Shown here: piece after piece, positions 28,483 to 32,000 of the stretch
How positions within the stretch are numbered: position 1 is the stretch's first letter
Layout: each line of letters starts with the position of its first letter
NCBI GenBank assembly: GCA_038823825.1
Contig: JAWBCC010000002.1
Location: 150,001 to 182,000 of the forward strand
From: Candidatus Hadarchaeales archaeon
GTDB taxonomy: Archaea; Hadarchaeota; Hadarchaeia; Hadarchaeales; Hadarchaeaceae
Direction: 5' to 3'
DNA: 32,000 bases
The notes under the pieces: model-generated
The model's input: only the letters and a program-made list of their open reading frames with translations
Databases searched by the model: none
Told to the model about the DNA's origin: nothing
Position numbers and translations under genes: made by a program

Positions 28483-29292
28483 ATGGCGAAGGCTCAGATA
28501 ACCCTCACACCGCCCGAGTCCAAGCGCTTAATCGCAATGGCAGTTGTCAGATTGTCTGAGGTGAAAAAAGCGCTGAAAGAGGGGATTGTTGTTGTCTGTT
28601 TGGGCACGACGAACGCTTTTGTCGCTCAAGAGCTCTGCAAAAAATCCGTGGACCCGAGCAGGTTTGCAGCAGGAGTTATTCTCCCGCAAGGAACATGTGT
28701 TATCCCAAAAGAGCGAAGGATGAAAGAGTTCGTATTTGTCAAGGGAAAACTGACGGAAATGGGTTTGGACGATGTTCTTCCGAAACTTGGCCCATCAGAT
28801 GTTGTGATAAAGGGAGCGAATGCGCTGGACCCAAGCTGGACAGCTGGGATTTTTCTAGCTTCCGAGACGGGAGGAACCATCGGGAAGATCCTCGGAATCG
28901 TCAGCTCAAGAGGGGTGAAACTAATAATCCCAGTTGGTCTCGAGAAGTTCATACCAAGCTCGATAAAAGAAGTTGCTCCGGAGACAGGGATATTCGGATT
29001 CGACTACAGCACGGGAGTCCCCGTTGGTTTAATCCCCATATCCGGGCGCGTAGTTACGGAGATTGAGGCCGTGAAAATTCTGACGGGAGCGGATGCGAAA
29101 GTGATGGGCGCGGGTGGTTTGAGTGGCGCAGAGGGAAGTGTCACCTTGCTCGTTTCTGGCTCAGAGGAGCAAATCGTCAAACTTCAAAAGATTGTGGAGA
29201 ATATAAAAGGGAAGATTCGTTTCCCCGAGATAACGGTGAACTGTGAGGAATGCTGGCAGGAGAGGTGCGGAAAGAGGAAATCAATGAGATGA
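28483..29292 (+). CDS. Uncharacterised archaeal protein with C-terminal cysteine cluster
   Basis: 269-aa ORF with globular Gly-rich motifs (VVIKGANALDPSWTAGIFLASETGGTIGKI); C-terminal NCEECWQERCGKRKS. Confidence 0.75.
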   Translation: MAKAQITLTPPESKRLIAMAVVRLSEVKKALKEGIVVVCLGTTNAFVAQELCKKSVDPSRFAAGVILPQGTCVIPKERRMKEFVFVKGKLTEMGLDDVLPKLGPSDVVIKGANALDPSWTAGIFLASETGGTIGKILGIVSSRGVKLIIPVGLEKFIPSSIKEVAPETGIFGFDYSTGVPVGLIPISGRVVTEIEAVKILTGADAKVMGAGGLSGAEGSVTLLVSGSEEQIVKLQKIVENIKGKIRFPEITVNCEECWQERCGKRKSMR

Positions 29293-29312
29293 TTTGTCAG
29301 ACCGATAGGAAG

Positions 29313-29334
29313 AAAAAAGGGGGAGAAATCCCCC
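29313..29334 (-). terminator. Hairpin (TCCCCC/GGGGGA stem) followed by T6 on the minus strand
   Basis: Top strand AAAAAA-GGGGGA-GAAA-TCCCCC; minus reads GGGGGA-TTTC-TCCCCC-TTTTTT. Confidence 0.5.
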
Positions 29335-29356
29335 CAAGAAAAATCAAAAAGCTTGC

Positions 29357-29407
29357 TCAAAGAATCTCTTCTGTTTCCTCTTTCTCCTTTTTCTTTTTCT
29401 TCGCCAT
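29357..29407 (-). CDS. Candidate microprotein MAKKKKKEKEETEEIL (16 aa)
   Basis: ATG preceded by GAGGT (29413-29417), GCTTTTATATC box at 29439-29449, and a terminator-like hairpin downstream. Confidence 0.35.
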   Translation of the reverse strand: MAKKKKKEKEETEEIL

Positions 29408-29556
29408 GGTTTACCTCAGTGGATACAGAATTGAAAGCGATATAAAAGCATGATTTTTACCGACAAGTTGGGGAAAATCTTTTAAGAAGATCTGAGGATA
29501 TATTTCTCTCCAACCAAAAAGTATTTATACTAGTGTTAAATCAACATTTTTATACC

Positions 29557-29805
29557 ATGAAGATTTTAGGAAAAGTTCTGCATAAGGGATCTAAAGGTCT
29601 GATAATCAAATGCACGTTCGTTCCAAAGCTCGGCAAACCGGTTTTCGATGGCAGAAAGAGGCGGGTAGGCGAGATTAGCGACATATTCGGACCTACCACA
29701 GAGCCATACGCCGTCATTAAAACAGCTTCAGAAATCGATCCTTCAAATCTTCTCGGTTCAACAATATATTATGAGGAAGAGGGGGTGGAAAAACGGAGGA
29801 AATAA
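29557..29805 (+). CDS. gar1: H/ACA ribonucleoprotein complex subunit Gar1
   Basis: [19 protein letters not shown]...[29 protein letters not shown]. Confidence 0.88.
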   Translation: MKILGKVLHKGSKGLIIKCTFVPKLGKPVFDGRKRRVGEISDIFGPTTEPYAVIKTASEIDPSNLLGSTIYYEEEGVEKRRK

Positions 29806-30704
29806 TCCCATGCCCCGCCTGTGGTTCGAAAAAGAATATCCGGGATTATAATCGCGGGGAGATCGTCTGCGCAAATTGCGGTTGTGTGATAGAGGAAAAG
29901 CTCGTGGATCTCGGACCGGAGTGGAGGGCTTTCGATGAGGAGCAGAGGGAAAAGAGGGGGAGAACGGGGGCTCCAATGACTTTGACGATCCATGACAAGG
30001 GGCTTTCGACCATGATTGACTGGAGGGACAAAGATTCTCACGGGAAATCTTTAACACCGAAGAGAAGGGCCCAGATTTATCGTCTTAGGAAATGGCAGAG
30101 AAGAATAAGGGTTTCGGATGCAATGGAGCGTAACTTGGCTTTTGCTCTCTCGGAGATAGACAGGATGGCTTCCCAGCTAGCTCTGCCGAAGAACGTCCGT
30201 GAGACGGCTTCGCTAATCTACAGGAAGGCGGTTGAGGAGCGCCTCATAAGAGGGAGGTCTATCGAGGGCGTGGCCGCCGCCGCCCTATACGCCGCATGTA
30301 GAGAATGTAAGATTCCCAGAACTCTCGACGAAATCGCGGAAGTAGCCCGAGTGGGTAAAAAAGAGATCGGGCGCTGTTATAGATTCATAGCCAGGGAATT
30401 GCTTATCCATTTGAGACCGACAAGTCCGATCGACTATGTCCCACGTTTCGTTGCAGAGCTTGGTCTCAGCGGCGAGGTTCAGACGAAGGCGATAGAGATC
30501 CTAAAGGAAGCACAGGCGAAGGGAATAACGTCTGGAAGAGGTCCGACGGGGGTTGCAGCGGCAGCAGTTTACATAGCCAGCGTTCTTTGTGGTGAGAGAA
30601 GAACACAAAGGGATGTGGCAGAGGTTGCGAGGGTCACGGAAGTCACGGTGAGAAATAGGTACAAGGAATTAGCGGAGAAATTAAATCTCGACGTCGAATT
30701 GTAG
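29805..30704 (+). CDS. tfb: Transcription initiation factor TFB; no ATG/GTG/TTG start covers the zinc ribbon
   Basis: In-frame [56 protein letters not shown] from 29808; two cyclin-like repeats; placed right after gar1. Confidence 0.93.
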   Translation: MPCPACGSKKNIRDYNRGEIVCANCGCVIEEKLVDLGPEWRAFDEEQREKRGRTGAPMTLTIHDKGLSTMIDWRDKDSHGKSLTPKRRAQIYRLRKWQRRIRVSDAMERNLAFALSEIDRMASQLALPKNVRETASLIYRKAVEERLIRGRSIEGVAAAALYAACRECKIPRTLDEIAEVARVGKKEIGRCYRFIARELLIHLRPTSPIDYVPRFVAELGLSGEVQTKAIEILKEAQAKGITSGRGPTGVAAAAVYIASVLCGERRTQRDVAEVARVTEVTVRNRYKELAEKLNLDVEL

Positions 30705-30816
30705 CGTTTGCAACATCGAGTTTTATTGGGAAACTCAAAAGCCGCAGGTTCGGATTAAAGTAGAAACACTTGTTCAGATTTTTATATGTGCTGCTTTCAA
30801 CAGTACATCGATTCAA

Positions 30817-31746
30817 ATGGAGATAGAAGAACTGCAAAGTTTAAGCCCTTCTGTGGCAGAAAAGCTTAGAGCGGCCGGTTTTTCAACAATATCCCAGCTT
30901 GCAACCGCAACCGCCACCGAGCTCATGCATGCAGCTGAGATAAGCATGCGTTCAGCGATTAAGATTATAAACTCGGCGAGGGATGCGATCAAGCTAGACT
31001 ACCAGCTGGCGAGCGAGCTATACGAGAGGAGAAAGAACATTGACAGGCTCACGACAGGGAGTACAGCTCTTGATAAAATCCTTGGAGGAGGACTAGAATC
31101 CGGCTCCGTTACAGAAGTCTTTGGAGAATTTGGTAGCGGAAAATCTCAACTTGCCCACCAGCTCTGTGTGAATGTTCAGCTTCCGCGCGAACGAGGAGGT
31201 CTCGAGGGTAACGCTATCTACATCGACACTGAGGGTACGTTTCGCCCGGAGAGAATTGCTCAGATGGCTTCAGCCCTCGGGCTGGATCCAGCGGGAGTCT
31301 TGGAGAAGATCCACGCAGCCAGAGCTCTCACGACAGACCACCAGATTCTTCTAGTTGAAAGAATCGGAGAAATCTGCAGAAAAGAACCCGTTAGACTCTT
31401 GGTTGTTGATTCGGTTTCTGCGCTCTTCCGAACGGAGTTTTGTGGGAGAGGCACTCTTGCTGAGCGACAGCAAAAGCTTGGACGCCATATCGCCGCACTC
31501 CACAACATCGCAGAAAGACACAATGTTGTTGTCTTTGTTACGAACCAAGTGCAGGCAAGACCTGACGTGATGTTCGGAGATCCGACTAGGCCAGTTGGTG
31601 GTCATGTTTTAGGTCATGCGGTCACTGTGAGAATATACCTCAAAAAAGCGAAAGACGACGCGAGGATAGCAAAACTTGTGGATCATCCCTGTCTTCCCCC
31701 AGAGTCTACAACGATAAGAATAACGCCAGAAGGAATAAGAGATTAG
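30817..31746 (+). CDS. radA: DNA repair and recombination protein RadA
   Basis: HhH N-terminus, GSTALDKILGGGLESGSVTEVFGEFGSGKSQLAHQLCV, LLVVDSVSALFRTEF, GRGTLAERQQKLGRH, TNQVQARPD. Confidence 0.97.
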   Translation: MEIEELQSLSPSVAEKLRAAGFSTISQLATATATELMHAAEISMRSAIKIINSARDAIKLDYQLASELYERRKNIDRLTTGSTALDKILGGGLESGSVTEVFGEFGSGKSQLAHQLCVNVQLPRERGGLEGNAIYIDTEGTFRPERIAQMASALGLDPAGVLEKIHAARALTTDHQILLVERIGEICRKEPVRLLVVDSVSALFRTEFCGRGTLAERQQKLGRHIAALHNIAERHNVVVFVTNQVQARPDVMFGDPTRPVGGHVLGHAVTVRIYLKKAKDDARIAKLVDHPCLPPESTTIRITPEGIRD

Positions 31747-31754
31747 TTTATCTT

Positions 31755-31777
31755 GCCTGCCCGAATGCTGGGCAGGC
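31755..31777 (+). terminator. GC-rich hairpin GCCTGCCC-gaatgct-GGGCAGGC followed by ATCATTTTT, downstream of radA
   Basis: Perfect 8-bp stem, 7-nt loop, T-rich tail, starting 9 bp after the radA stop. Confidence 0.65.
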
Positions 31778-31850
31778 ATCATTTTTCATCAGGGGGTGTT
31801 GTTTAAATTACCCCCAAACAAAAAATTTAGAAGACGAAAGTGGTGGGCAA

Positions 31851-32000
31851 ATGAAGTACATTGTGATTGTCGGCGACGGGATGGCTGATTATCCGGTGGA
31901 AAAACACGGTGGAAAAACTCCGCTTGAAACAGCGAACAAACCGAATATAGACATGCTTGCGAAGCTCGGAAGACTTGGTATCATAAAAACAGTCCCCGAT
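31851..32000 (+). CDS. apgM: 2,3-bisphosphoglycerate-independent phosphoglycerate mutase, archaeal type (5' part only)
   Basis: MKYIVIVGDGMADYPVEKHGGKTPLETANKPNIDMLAKLGRLGIIKTVPD; runs off the window. Confidence 0.9.
   Translation, partial: MKYIVIVGDGMADYPVEKHGGKTPLETANKPNIDMLAKLGRLGIIKTVPD

Noticed and set aside
29250-29453. 67-aa plus-strand ORF ending MVYLSGYRIESDIKA
   Set aside because: It starts inside the preceding gene, has a poly-Phe stretch produced by the antisense of poly-Lys codons, and crosses the terminator-like hairpin.
1-32000. CRISPR array, transposon, integrase or phage module
   Set aside because: No regularly spaced repeats, terminal inverted repeats with transposase, integrase or structural phage genes were seen; nearly all DNA is accounted for by housekeeping genes.

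Overview
This window is a dense archaeal chromosomal segment of ordinary housekeeping genes; I see no phage, transposon or CRISPR array. Main blocks, left to right: PQQ-type beta-propeller protein and tRNA-Pro; a minus-strand run of pantoate kinase, CoaBC, archaeal PPAT, ProA, ProB, archaeal NAPRTase and an isochorismatase-fold hydrolase; methyltransferase; Xaa-Pro peptidase and ProRS; PfkB kinase, inositol-phosphate synthase and CDP-alcohol phosphotransferase with a PadR regulator; endonuclease IV-like protein; HisRS; Stt3/AglB-like protein; tRNA-Arg, tRNA-Glu and tRNA-Leu; CBS protein and cation/proton antiporter; SMC-ScpA-ScpB; S8e; DUF488; Gar1-TFB; RadA; and the start of archaeal phosphoglycerate mutase. 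Points most worth checking: (1) an SMC-like ATPase of about 740 aa, next to ScpA/ScpB, with two roughly symmetrical arms of about 190 residues and no visible globular hinge; (2) a TFB whose N-terminal zinc ribbon has no ATG/GTG/TTG start, with ATC where a TAATG-type start would be expected; (3) a pyrimidine-dimer glycosylase-like gene split by one nucleotide at an A7 tract; (4) a compact minus-strand unit (TATA-like, SD-like, 16-aa K/E-rich ORF, hairpin with T6) missed by the ORF track; (5) an unlisted small zinc-ribbon ORF; (6) a tandem-GA hairpin overlapping the probable SD of smc; (7) an atypical QWSYG in place of WWDYG in the AglB-like protein. All calls come from reading the sequence and family knowledge; no database search was run.
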